DNA of 64,000 nt from assembly GCA_026417175.1 (NCBI GenBank), contig JAOADT010000008.1, forward strand, positions 6,547-70,546, read 5' to 3'. The position numbers were made by a program, and so were the translations under genes. Origin of the DNA: Deltaproteobacteria bacterium. GTDB taxonomy: Bacteria > Desulfobacterota > Syntrophorhabdia > Syntrophorhabdales > JANXAF01. Shown here one piece after another: positions 19,400-29,277 of the stretch. The notes below the pieces were generated by a model. That model did not search any database, was not told the origin of the DNA, and worked only from the letters and a program-made list of their open reading frames with translations. The first letter of the stretch is position 1. Every line of letters begins with the position of its first letter.

Positions 19400-20740
19400 T
19401 CAGAATCTTTGTTCGAGTTCATGAATGGCATGCGGGAGGGCAAAAAGAATTACCCTATTTCCAGGCTCAATAACTGTGTCTCCGTATGGCACAATAACCT
19501 CCTCCCCCTTGATTATAGCGGCCACCAGTGACCCTTCCGGAAACTTTAAGTTTTTTAAAGGTTTGCCTACCAATTTACTTTCCTTTCGCACCTTTATTTC
19601 TATTGCCTCTGCGTCAATGCCGTGAAATGTTGCGACCGAAACCACCTCTCCCTTCCTTAAGAACCTAAGAATCGCGTTTGCCGTAGAAAGTCTAACATTT
19701 ACAGTCGAATCGATGCCTATTACAGGCATAAGAGGCATGTATACCGTTTTGTTCACCAAAGCTATTGTTTTCTTTATACCAAGATGTTTTGCAAAAAGAC
19801 AGGTAATTATATTCGTCTCATCGTCAGACGTAGTCGCGACGAGTGCATCCATATTCATGATACCCTCTCTAGCCAGGATGTCTATCTCGGTACCATCTAA
19901 ATTCATGACTGTTGATTTTTTCAATATTCCGGCAACTTCCATTGATTTTTCTTTATTAGACTCCAAAAGTGTGACCTTTGTGTCCCTTTCTTCTAAGTTT
20001 TCTGCTACCTTTCTACCTATCCTCCCTCCTCCTAATATCATTACCCTTTTTAAAGCTCTGTCCTTTTTTCCAGCCATTTCGAGAAGTTCATCCAAACCTT
20101 CTTTTTTTGTAACTACGAAGACTTGATCATTCTTGTTTACGTACTCGTCACCGCGGGGTATTATTGTTTTGTTATTCTTGGATATAGCAACGATTCTAAA
20201 CTTTTTTCTTTGGCTTTCCGTACCGAGAGTTCGAAGTTGTTTATTAATTATAGGTGCGTCCTGGTCCACTTTTATACCTACCATCAAAATCTTTCCATTC
20301 TCGAACTCAATTATTTCAGAAGCAACAGATCTAATCAGTAATCTTGTTATCTCTTCTGCCACTTCAAATTCCGGGTTTATCATTAAATCTACACCTAAAT
20401 CTTCCTTTTTTAGAATGGAAGATTCGTTGTAGTACTCGGGATTTCTAACTCTTGCAATCTTTGTTTTAACTCCCATCTTGGAAGCTATAAGACAGGAAAA
20501 TAAGTTCACTTCGTCAACAGAGGTAGCCGCTATCAACATGTCAGCAGATTTTATACCGGCTTTGAGTAAAGTACCTTGACTCGCTCCGTCCCCGCTTATT
20601 ACAGAGACGTCAAGGGATTCTTCAATCTTTCTACACCTTTCCCGGTCTTTCTCCACAACAAAAATATCATGACCTTCGTGACACAGTTTAGCGGCTAGCT
20701 GATAACCGACTTCACCAGCTCCGACTATTATTATTTTCAC
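19400..20740 (-). CDS. trkA: Trk system NAD-binding subunit
   Basis: Two RCK domains (GAGEVG, GGGRIG); 446 aa; next to trkH. Confidence 0.95.
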   Translation of the reverse strand: MKIIIVGAGEVGYQLAAKLCHEGHDIFVVEKDRERCRKIEESLDVSVISGDGASQGTLLKAGIKSADMLIAATSVDEVNLFSCLIASKMGVKTKIARVRNPEYYNESSILKKEDLGVDLMINPEFEVAEEITRLLIRSVASEIIEFENGKILMVGIKVDQDAPIINKQLRTLGTESQRKKFRIVAISKNNKTIIPRGDEYVNKNDQVFVVTKKEGLDELLEMAGKKDRALKRVMILGGGRIGRKVAENLEERDTKVTLLESNKEKSMEVAGILKKSTVMNLDGTEIDILAREGIMNMDALVATTSDDETNIITCLFAKHLGIKKTIALVNKTVYMPLMPVIGIDSTVNVRLSTANAILRFLRKGEVVSVATFHGIDAEAIEIKVRKESKLVGKPLKNLKFPEGSLVAAIIKGEEVIVPYGDTVIEPGNRVILFALPHAIHELEQRF

Positions 20741-21015
20741 TTCTTCTCTTCAATACCCAGTTTTTTTAGTAGATCCTTACTTTCACCAAAAGGTAAAACT
20801 GGGAATGTCTCAAATTCAACAATGTCAATCCATTCCGCCCTACTTTCTATAAGGCCCTTTGCATCGGTATCAATCACGTTTATAGCTCTGCATCCTTGTA
20901 AATCTAAAAATTCACAAATCACTTTCACGCTTTTCGGCCACTTCCAATTCTTTCTTCTTCTTTCAACCTCCTTTTCATCCTCGGGCGCCCATCTGCATAT
21001 ATTCATGAAAAGCAT
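20737..21015 (-). CDS. Small protein, DUF3303-like
   Basis: MLFM..W.PE...P..VKVI.E..DL.G pattern; SD GGGGG; stop overlaps the trkA GTG. Confidence 0.65.
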   Translation of the reverse strand: MLFMNICRWAPEDEKEVERRRKNWKWPKSVKVICEFLDLQGCRAINVIDTDAKGLIESRAEWIDIVEFETFPVLPFGESKDLLKKLGIEEKK

Positions 21016-21051
21016 TTTAACACCCCCTCTTTTTTTTAATAGTATATAAAA

Positions 21052-21067
21052 AAAATCTCGAGATTTT
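21052..21067. promoter_or_regulatory. Perfect 16-bp palindrome in the promoter of DUF3303-trkA-trkH
   Basis: AAAATCTCGAGATTTT just upstream of a minus-strand -10 TATACT (21046-41). Confidence 0.45.
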
Positions 21068-21077
21068 AATATGATTG

Positions 21078-23219
21078 TTAGAAATGTGTAAAAATACCCT
21101 TTTCATCTCCACCACCGAAAGTATGTACTGTGGGTACAGGTTCTGAAGGAGAATATCTTTTTAAAGCATAAGCCATGAAGCGCATCCAAATAGGTAAACA
21201 AACTCTTGCTCCACTTTCCCCTTCTCCTAATGTGGTTCTCTGGTCAAACCCAACCCAAACACCTGATATTAAATTCTCTGAATAACCTATAAAAAGAGCG
21301 TCAAAATAATTGCTCGTTGTACCTGTTTTACCTGCGAGTCTCCAGCCAAGGCTTGAGGCCGCTTTAGCCGTGCCATATTCCACAACCGCAGATAGAAGGA
21401 GATTCATTTTGTACGCTATATCTTCCTCTAGTACCCTCTCTTTCTCAAGTCCATTTTGCTCAAGAACATTTCCCTCCTGATCCTCTACCCTAATTACAAA
21501 CAATGGCTTTACCCTATATCCTCCGTTTGCAAAAACAGCGTATCCTTTGACTAGTTCCATAAGCGTAAGATTTGAGGTCCCCAATGCTACTGAGAGATTA
21601 TGTGGAATGTCCTCATTTAATCCTATTTCGGAAAGAGTCTCCTTTAATGAATCCAAACCTACTTCCTGTAGTAAACCCACGGTGGCGGCGTTTTTTGAAT
21701 AAGCAAGAGCGTCTCTCAGTGATACCATCCCATCATATCTACCGTCGTAGTTCTTGGGTACCCAAACCTTGCCAAACCCGGAAGGGTATTCTCGTGGTTC
21801 ATCTGGAATAAGCGTGTCCAAATCGTAACCTCTTTTTAAGGCGGCAAGGTAAACAAAAGGCTTAAACGCACTACCACATTGGATTTTCGCATACAATGCT
21901 CTGTTGTACGGACTTTTTTCAAAATCTGCTCCCCCTACCACTGCATAGACATACCCAGTATTTGGATTCATACATATTAGCGCTCCCTGCACATTTGTGG
22001 ATTTTTTCGGGACGAATTGATGGACTTTTTTAGTGTCCATTCCCAAATAAACAGCCTTAGTTATGTCTCCTGGCTTAAATAGAAAACTATCGGTTTTTAA
22101 AAAACCTTTTTCATTTCCCAAAAGAACTAAGTAACCATCATTCAATTTTTCTTTAATGAGAACTGTGTATACTTTCTTAGGTTTGAGTCCTGAGATCTTA
22201 AGATCCATATGGGATATTCGCAAGAAGTCTTCCCAATTCTTCTTTTCTATGTGCTGCAAAACCTCAACCCTTCCTCTTCGTTGTTCATATGCAAAAAGCC
22301 CGTCTCTTAAAACCTCTTCTGCCATTCGCTGAAGTTTCGTGTCTACTGTGGTATAAATTTTGAGAGACTTTCTTGAAAAAATCCCTTTTCCATATTTTTC
22401 TTCGATGTACCTTACAACGTAATCCTTAAAATACGAATCCGAAAATACCCCGTGATCTTCCCTTACAGAGATTTTCTCCTTCAACATTTCCTTTTTCTGT
22501 TTCTCTGTAATCATACCCTTTTCCCACATCTGCTGGATCACATACTCCTGTCTTAATCTCGCAAGCCCAGGATGCCGCTTTGGGGAGTATCTAGCCGGAG
22601 CTTGAACTATCCCAGCAAGAAGAGCGGCTTCGCCACGAGACAATTCCCAAACGTGCTTGCCAAAGTAAACTTGAGAAGCAGCCTCTACTCCATATACGCC
22701 GTGTCCAAGATAGACGTTGTTTAGATAAAGATTTAAAATTTCTTTTTTAGTCAGATACCTTTCGAGTTTATAGGCTAAAACCGCTTCTCGTATCTTTCTC
22801 GAGATACTTTTTTCTGGTCCCAAAATTAAGGTTTTGATTACCTGTTGCGTTATAGTACTGCCTCCCTGCACAAGTTTTCCATGGATCAGATTTTTTATAA
22901 TTGCTCTAATAATACTTTCGGGTTCTATCCCCTTATGTTTGAAGAAATCCGCATCTTCAGCCGCTAGAAAGGCATCCCTTACGTATTTAGGAATTTTTGT
23001 GTATTCAACATAAATCCTGTTGTCCGGTACAATTAGGTACGCAACCTCGTTATTTAAACCATAGATTACACTTACAGGCTTATTTTCTAAGTGTTTTAAT
23101 GCATAGATTGATGGAATATCTTTTAGTATGTAAATAACATAACCTCCTGCGAGCAGAAAGAGAGAAATTACTAGAATGAAAGTAAGTATGCGTATTCGAT
23201 TTTTAGTCGGCGTTCTCAT
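21078..23219 (-). CDS. Class A penicillin-binding protein (PBP1A family)
   Basis: EDADFFKHKG and GGSTITQQ (transglycosylase); SAFK, SKN and KTGT (transpeptidase). Confidence 0.95.
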   Translation of the reverse strand: MRTPTKNRIRILTFILVISLFLLAGGYVIYILKDIPSIYALKHLENKPVSVIYGLNNEVAYLIVPDNRIYVEYTKIPKYVRDAFLAAEDADFFKHKGIEPESIIRAIIKNLIHGKLVQGGSTITQQVIKTLILGPEKSISRKIREAVLAYKLERYLTKKEILNLYLNNVYLGHGVYGVEAASQVYFGKHVWELSRGEAALLAGIVQAPARYSPKRHPGLARLRQEYVIQQMWEKGMITEKQKKEMLKEKISVREDHGVFSDSYFKDYVVRYIEEKYGKGIFSRKSLKIYTTVDTKLQRMAEEVLRDGLFAYEQRRGRVEVLQHIEKKNWEDFLRISHMDLKISGLKPKKVYTVLIKEKLNDGYLVLLGNEKGFLKTDSFLFKPGDITKAVYLGMDTKKVHQFVPKKSTNVQGALICMNPNTGYVYAVVGGADFEKSPYNRALYAKIQCGSAFKPFVYLAALKRGYDLDTLIPDEPREYPSGFGKVWVPKNYDGRYDGMVSLRDALAYSKNAATVGLLQEVGLDSLKETLSEIGLNEDIPHNLSVALGTSNLTLMELVKGYAVFANGGYRVKPLFVIRVEDQEGNVLEQNGLEKERVLEEDIAYKMNLLLSAVVEYGTAKAASSLGWRLAGKTGTTSNYFDALFIGYSENLISGVWVGFDQRTTLGEGESGARVCLPIWMRFMAYALKRYSPSEPVPTVHTFGGGDEKGIFTHF

Positions 23220-24004
23220 CCTTAGCTACTCCATATATTAAAACAGTTTCTCAACTAATTCAAAGAGGCCACTACTAAAAATCTGCAAAAATAAAACTCT
23301 TTTATATGAAAAAGTAGCTTATTTGAGTAATTGAAATTACAGTTGACTAAAAGTTTAGCTTGTAAAAATGATGGCAAAATTTTTTGGAAACGAATAACAC
23401 TTCTCTCATAAGGTGATTTCGTTTTTCAAGTACAATAGCGGTATCCTTAAGTTACCCACCAATTAAATACCTGATCTATAATTTAATTTGTATATGTTCA
23501 TAAGACATTTCATGCCCGCAAAGATGCTCCATAAAGCAGTAGTAATTCCTAATACTCAATCTACGTAGGTTTGTACCCATTCTTAGGAAGCAACAATGAT
23601 GCCAATTGATTAGTATTTCGCAAATATTGATACAAAAGAAAAAAGTGTAAATGATAAGTTTTAATTTTTATTCTTGCTTTTCTACCTGTTCCTTTGTTGG
23701 CTTTATTCAGTCTTTTGAAGGTCAAAAATGTCTGCGAAGCCGGAATTATTTACAGGGTGTAATTACTCAAGTGCTTCTCAACTTTTGGTTGGTAGCTCTT
23801 GAAGGTCTTTAAATTTTTACTAAACATTGATCTTTTTGAATTTTGAAAATACCGATAATTTATAGCAACTTCAGTGTTTTCTAAAAATTGCATGTTTTAG
23901 ATATACAAGGAATAGATAAACCGTGTCAATTTAAAACATATGAACTTCAATGAAATATAAATTTTTGAGAAGCTTTATGCAGTTTGAAAAAAACTTTTTT
24001 TACT

Positions 24005-24349
24005 CTATTTTTTTATAACCTCAAGTTCCACTTGGTCATTCAGTTTAGATTTAAGAAGCTCTGATAACCCATGAAGATCCTCTGGTTTCTCGCACTCCAC
24101 GACCAGGTCCCTATCATCTAAAACTTTTAAAACCCCATATTGTTTTACTAATTCGATAACAGTTTTTGGATCAACGGTTATCCAGCCTTTCATCCTTTTA
24201 AGTAATTCTTCTCCACTAAAGGATCTTTCAATTGTAAGCTCCACCTTTCTCATCTTCGCTTCCCACCCAATGAGCGCAGGTCTAACCTGTATTGGCGCGA
24301 CAGGATCTCCCATGGCAGCGCATCTGAACCAAAGCTTAGCTCTAATCAT
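24005..24349 (-). CDS. Hypothetical protein
   Basis: ATG 24349 preceded by SD GGAGG; 114 aa starting MIRAKLWFRCAAMGDP; no family recognised. Confidence 0.7.
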   Translation of the reverse strand: MIRAKLWFRCAAMGDPVAPIQVRPALIGWEAKMRKVELTIERSFSGEELLKRMKGWITVDPKTVIELVKQYGVLKVLDDRDLVVECEKPEDLHGLSELLKSKLNDQVELEVIKK

Positions 24350-24450
24350 GGGCCAAATCCCTCCTTTTTTGTATAATTTTTCACATTTTGAATAAACAAT
24401 CAACAGTGTTATAATTTTTAGTTGCTTAACTTAAGGAGGCAAAATGAGAA

Positions 24451-25104
24451 ATGGAACTTAAAGAAGCTATAAAGAAAAGAAAAAGCATCAGAGCGTTTAG
24501 AGAAGATCCAATTCCGCGAGAAATTCTTAGGGAGATACTTGAGTACGCTATAAATGCTCCGTCTGCCATAAATTTACAACCATGGGAGTTCATTATAGTA
24601 TCTGGTGAAGAAAGAAAAAGACTTTCGAGAAAACTTTTGAAGGCTTACCGGGAAAAAAAGATTTCATGTAGTCCTGGAAATGTAAAACCGCTCCCTGAGG
24701 TATTCTTAAGAAGAGGTTACGATTCATTTCTATCCTTGAATGGCTATATAAAAGATATGGGTAAAGAATTTGATGAGTTTATAAATGAAGGAAGCTGCGA
24801 TTTCTACGGGGCACCATCTGCCATACTTATATGCTTGGACAACGCTTTTTCCTACAGAAGGTTTTTAGACATAGGGATAGTTTTAGGATACATTCTCCTT
24901 TTAGCTCAAGAATTTGGACTTGCCACCTGCACGATCGGTCTTATAAGCGCGTATGAAGACGAAATTAGAGAGGTTCTCAACATCCCTGAAAGCAAAAAAG
25001 TGGCTATAGCTGTTGCAATTGGCTACCCGGATATGGAAAATCCATTAAACAACTTTAAAACCCAGAGAGACGAGGTAGATATGTTTATAAGATGGGTAGA
25101 TTAA
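24451..25104 (+). CDS. Nitroreductase family protein
   Basis: KRKSIRAF, APSAINLQPW, FYGAP and AIGYPD motifs; SD AGGAGG; upstream TTGAAT-N16-TATAAT. Confidence 0.92.
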   Translation: MELKEAIKKRKSIRAFREDPIPREILREILEYAINAPSAINLQPWEFIIVSGEERKRLSRKLLKAYREKKISCSPGNVKPLPEVFLRRGYDSFLSLNGYIKDMGKEFDEFINEGSCDFYGAPSAILICLDNAFSYRRFLDIGIVLGYILLLAQEFGLATCTIGLISAYEDEIREVLNIPESKKVAIAVAIGYPDMENPLNNFKTQRDEVDMFIRWVD

Positions 25105-25106
25105 CC

Positions 25107-27536
25107 TTAGTCAATGGGTTTTACCTTCCATACTTTCTCAGCGTATTCTCTCACTGCTCTGTCCGAAGAAAACTTACCACACCTAGCTATATTTAGTATG
25201 GCCATCTTATTCCACAGAAACTGATTTGCATAAGTTAAAGAGACCCGTTCTTGACAGGATACGTACGATTCGTAATCTAAAAGCACAAAATATTCATCGC
25301 TTCTTAAAAGAGCTTCTACTATAGGTCTAAAAAGGGTTCTATTTTCAGGAGAGAAGTATCCATCTCTTATCTGATCAATCGCCTTTTTAAGTTCTTCATT
25401 CTTTTCATAGTATTCGTAGGGATTATAATTTTTTCTTATTACGTCCAATTGCTCTACACTATGTCCGAAGGTGAAAAAATTCTCCTCCCCAACAGCTTCT
25501 CTTATTTCCACGTTTGCTCCATCTAACGTTCCTATTGTAATGGCACCGTTCATGGCAAACTTCATATTTCCCGTGCCCGAAGCCTCGTATCCCGCTGTGG
25601 AGATTTGCTCTGAAAGGTCGGCAGCTGGAATGATCTTTTGGGCATGTGTAACACTATAGTTCGGCACAAAAACTACCTTTATTCTCTCTCTTGCCCACTG
25701 GACAGAATCAATAGCTAAACTCACATTGTTAATGAGTTTTATTATGAGCTTACATATAAAGTATCCAGGTGCGCTTTTACCGGAGAAAAGAAATATCCTT
25801 CTTTCTTGGTTCTCAAATCTGCCTTCCATAATTCGGTTAAAAAGTGTGATGACATGAAGTATGTTTAAAAGTTGCCTTTTGTACTCATGAAACCTTTTAA
25901 TCTGACAGTCTAGAAAAGCATCTGTGGAAATGGAAATCCCGTAACTCTTTTCAAGGAAAATCCTCAATTTTTCCTTATTTTCCCTTTTCACCTTAGAAAA
26001 CTCGACCTGAAACTCATCGTCTTCCGCAAACTGTTCAAGTTTTCTGATCTCTTCAAAGTTTTTTATCCAACCGTCTCCAATTGCTTCGGTTATTAGTGCC
26101 GAAAGTTCAGGGTTTGATTCAAGTAACCATCTCCTATGTGTAACCCCATTAGTTATGTTTAAAAACTTCTCAGGCATCATCTCATAAAATTCTCCAAACA
26201 CCTTTTTTTTCAATATCTGTGTATGAAGTTCAGAGACGCCGTTTATCGTATGACTTCCAACAAGTGCAAGATGTGCCATATTGATAACTCTTTTTCCATT
26301 AAAATCCTGAACTATCGACATTTTTCTCAATTTTATCTCATCATTAGAATAAGTCTCTTTTACCTGTATTAGGAACCTCCTATCTATCTCCTTAATTATT
26401 TCTAAATGTCTCGGTAGGAGCCTTCCTAGTATCTCTTCAGGCCAAATTTCAAGAGCTTCGGGAAGAACTGTATGATTGGTGTAAGCGAATGTTTTTTTTG
26501 TTATCTCAAAAGCCTTTTCCCATGGAAGATTCTCTTCATCGACAAGTATCCTTATTAGTTCCGCAATACCGATAGAAGGATGGGTGTCGTTTAGCTGGAT
26601 TGCGACTTTTTCTGGAAAAGCTAGATAAGTTCTATGTGTCTTTTTATATCGGCGTATAATATCTTTGAGTGTTGCACTTACAAAAAAGTACTCCTGCTTA
26701 AGTCTCAGTTCTTTGCCTGCAATTGATTGATCGTTAGGATATAGAACCTTTGATATATTTTCGCTTAATGACTTATCTTCCATGGCCTTTACATAGTCTC
26801 CACTATTGAAATAATCAAGATTGAAGTCCCTTGTAGATTTCGCAGCCCAAAGTCTCAAAGTATTGACCACATCATTGTGGTATCCCGGTATGGGGTAGTC
26901 ATATGCCATAGCCATTACCTCTTCTGCGTCGACCCATTCCTTTCTAAACCTTGCCCCGCCATTGGTTATGGTTCTCACTTTTCCGTAGAATTTTATAAGG
27001 TACAGATTTTCTGGTCTTGGAAACTCCCAAGGATTTCCATATCTAAGCCAGCTATCAGGTGATTCAACCTGGTATCCGTCTTTTATGTTTTGCACGAATA
27101 TCCCGTATTCGTATCTTATTCCGTACCCGTAAGCCGGATATTTAAGAGTAGCTAGGGAATCTAGGAAGCATGCCGCGAGTCGCCCTAAGCCACCATGTCC
27201 AAGCCCGGCATCCCATTCCTGCTCCAATATATCTTCAAGGGTAAGTCCGAAAACTTCTACAGCATGTTTGAACTCAGGGGGTAGATTCAGGTTTATAATG
27301 TAGTTTCTCAAAAGTCTCCCCAATAAAAATTCCATCGACAAGTAATAAACCCTTTTTGCATCAACGTGGTAATACTTTTGCTGCGTTCTAATCCAATTTT
27401 CAGTGAGATATCTTCGAACAGTCAGGACTGTTGCTTCATATTTGTCTCTTTGTGTGGCAGAGTATAAATCTTTTGCAAGACCGTAGATGAGACTATCCAT
27501 TAAGTTGGAAGTTATATCTTTTAAAGTAAGCGGCAT
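25107..27536 (-). CDS. glgP: Glycogen/alpha-glucan phosphorylase
   Basis: YYLSMEFL, GGLGRLAACF, QLNDTHP and EASGTGNMK (PLP Lys). Start set at 27536 because the track's longer N-terminus runs through tRNA-Pro. Confidence 0.96.
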   Translation of the reverse strand: MPLTLKDITSNLMDSLIYGLAKDLYSATQRDKYEATVLTVRRYLTENWIRTQQKYYHVDAKRVYYLSMEFLLGRLLRNYIINLNLPPEFKHAVEVFGLTLEDILEQEWDAGLGHGGLGRLAACFLDSLATLKYPAYGYGIRYEYGIFVQNIKDGYQVESPDSWLRYGNPWEFPRPENLYLIKFYGKVRTITNGGARFRKEWVDAEEVMAMAYDYPIPGYHNDVVNTLRLWAAKSTRDFNLDYFNSGDYVKAMEDKSLSENISKVLYPNDQSIAGKELRLKQEYFFVSATLKDIIRRYKKTHRTYLAFPEKVAIQLNDTHPSIGIAELIRILVDEENLPWEKAFEITKKTFAYTNHTVLPEALEIWPEEILGRLLPRHLEIIKEIDRRFLIQVKETYSNDEIKLRKMSIVQDFNGKRVINMAHLALVGSHTINGVSELHTQILKKKVFGEFYEMMPEKFLNITNGVTHRRWLLESNPELSALITEAIGDGWIKNFEEIRKLEQFAEDDEFQVEFSKVKRENKEKLRIFLEKSYGISISTDAFLDCQIKRFHEYKRQLLNILHVITLFNRIMEGRFENQERRIFLFSGKSAPGYFICKLIIKLINNVSLAIDSVQWARERIKVVFVPNYSVTHAQKIIPAADLSEQISTAGYEASGTGNMKFAMNGAITIGTLDGANVEIREAVGEENFFTFGHSVEQLDVIRKNYNPYEYYEKNEELKKAIDQIRDGYFSPENRTLFRPIVEALLRSDEYFVLLDYESYVSCQERVSLTYANQFLWNKMAILNIARCGKFSSDRAVREYAEKVWKVKPID

Positions 27537-27556
27537 GAAAGCCCTTTTATCAAATA

Positions 27557-27632
27557 TCGGGGCGACTGGATTTGAACCAGCGACCTCTTGCTCCCAAGGC
27601 AAGCGCGCTTAACCATGCTGCGCCACGCCCCG
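27557..27632 (-). tRNA. tRNA-Pro(TGG), CCA not encoded
   Basis: CGGGGCGTGGCGCAGCATGGTTAAGCGCGCTTGCCT-TGG-GAGCAAGAGGTCGCTGGTTCAAATCCAGTCGCCCCGA folds as a cloverleaf. Confidence 0.96.
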
Positions 27633-27640
27633 AATGAAAT

Positions 27641-27859
27641 TCACACTGATACAACTTCTTTAACTTCGGGAACCTCTTCTTTAATTGCCTTTTCTACACC
27701 CATCTTCAATGTCATAAGACTCATCGGACAAGTTCCACACGCACCTTTTAATCTAACTTTCACAACACCTTCTGCGTAGTCCACAAATTCAATATCTCCG
27801 CCATCTCTCTGTAAAAAAGGTCTTATCTTGTTTATAGCGGCCTCTACTTTTTCTTTCAT
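27641..27859 (-). CDS. NifU/NfuA-like Fe-S carrier (C-terminal domain only)
   Basis: [13 protein letters not shown] and GACGTCPMS motifs; ATG 27859 with SD GGAGG; upstream TTTACA-N17-TATACT. Confidence 0.92.
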   Translation of the reverse strand: MKEKVEAAINKIRPFLQRDGGDIEFVDYAEGVVKVRLKGACGTCPMSLMTLKMGVEKAIKEEVPEVKEVVSV

Positions 27860-27918
27860 AGAACCTCCTTTTTGCCAATAGTATAAACAGAAAGACAAAG
27901 AATGTAAACAGAGAGAAC

Positions 27919-29190
27919 TCAAAAAAGCGATTGTTGTCCTTTCTGAATAGCCCTTTCGCTTTCATTAAATAGGATTATACTTCCATAAACGCCATCAAAA
28001 CCTGGTACAATTTTTATTTTACCTTCTCTCATCCTTGATATCCCCTCTTTTATAATGTGAGAAGAACTTCTTCCTATTTTTTCTAGGTCCGCTTCCATAA
28101 GGATGTAAAATTCGTTTCCCACCGAGGTAATTAAATTCATATACTCAGTTTCCACTTTAGTGGTCTGCACACTCGTGCCATATGCCTCAGCGATTATCTC
28201 CATAAGAGGTATTATTGAAAAATAAGAAGGGGTGTCTTTGGGTTTTTCTCCATCTTTCCTGTCTGCAAGCTTTTCTACCCTATGCATGACGCCAACAGTA
28301 ACCTTTTGGCCACATTTCGGGCACAGATAGTTATTTTTTATGGTCTCTTTCGGAGAAAGGACCACTGAGCAACTCCTGTGACCATCGAAGTGATACTTCC
28401 CCTCTTCTGGAAAAAACTCTATTGTCCCAAGAAAGCCTCTTTTTGTTTTTATTGCATTTACAATTGAGCTGTACGAGATTTCTACGTCAAATATGTTTGC
28501 TTCTCTTCCTATTTTCTGAGGCGAATGCGCGTCAGAATTGGAAATAAGTGTAATTTTGTCGAGCCTTGATACCCTCCAGTTCATTGGAGGATCCGAAGAA
28601 AGACCAGTCTCTATTGAAAAGATGAATTCAGAAAACTCCTCAAAACACTCTTCTAGTGAATCAAAACCGGATTCTGATCCGAAAACCGAAAAATGCGGTG
28701 TCCAAGCGTGTGCTGGCACTATTAAGGAAGACGGAGAAATGTCAAGTACAATTTTCATAAGGTCTTTTACATCAATCCCAAAAATCGGTCTTCCATCTGC
28801 TTGAATGTTACCTATTTTTGAAAGCTGTGCCTGAATCTTTATGGCATCCTCCATCGATGGCACAAAAATTAGCGTGTGAATCTTTCTCATTCGACCGTTT
28901 TTTTTATAGATGGTGCTTACCTCTCCAGAGATCAGAAAATAAACTTCATCTCTTACTCTCTCTGGTACGTTTTTATTTCTGTACTCCTCTTTTAAAGTAA
29001 AAAGACCGTTCGAACTCTTCTCTAACTTTTCTCTTAACTCTTTGAGCCAAAGTGGATGAGTAAAATCTCCGGTTCCTATGACCTTTATACCTTTTATCTG
29101 GGCCCAAAACCAAAGATTTTCTGGGGTCATATCTTTACTTGTAGCCCGTGAATAGTGAGAATGGATATGCAGATCAGCTATAAATTTCAC
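27919..29190 (-). CDS. Endonuclease Q family (PHP domain) protein
   Basis: [42 protein letters not shown] and [11 protein letters not shown]...CPKCG motifs; GTG start at 29190. Confidence 0.88.
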   Translation of the reverse strand: MKFIADLHIHSHYSRATSKDMTPENLWFWAQIKGIKVIGTGDFTHPLWLKELREKLEKSSNGLFTLKEEYRNKNVPERVRDEVYFLISGEVSTIYKKNGRMRKIHTLIFVPSMEDAIKIQAQLSKIGNIQADGRPIFGIDVKDLMKIVLDISPSSLIVPAHAWTPHFSVFGSESGFDSLEECFEEFSEFIFSIETGLSSDPPMNWRVSRLDKITLISNSDAHSPQKIGREANIFDVEISYSSIVNAIKTKRGFLGTIEFFPEEGKYHFDGHRSCSVVLSPKETIKNNYLCPKCGQKVTVGVMHRVEKLADRKDGEKPKDTPSYFSIIPLMEIIAEAYGTSVQTTKVETEYMNLITSVGNEFYILMEADLEKIGRSSSHIIKEGISRMREGKIKIVPGFDGVYGSIILFNESERAIQKGQQSLF

Positions 29191-29277
29191 GACCTGAAGT
29201 ATATCACATAAGAACTTCAACTTGAAATCTCAAAGAAAATGCCTATATTGAAATAGGCTACAAGAAAAGGAGGTAAA

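Noticed and set aside
23323-23770. TTGAGTAATT / AATTACTCAA inverted repeat as MITE ends
   Set aside because: Only 10 bp, AT-rich, does not extend cleanly and has no target-site duplication; compatible with chance.
23220-24004. Long AT-rich gap as oriC
   Set aside because: No DnaA-box cluster seen, and no dnaA/dnaN/gidA nearby.
27537-27602. ORF-track N-terminal extension of glgP (MPWEQEVAGSNPVAP)
   Set aside because: It is a translation of the tRNA-Pro gene.
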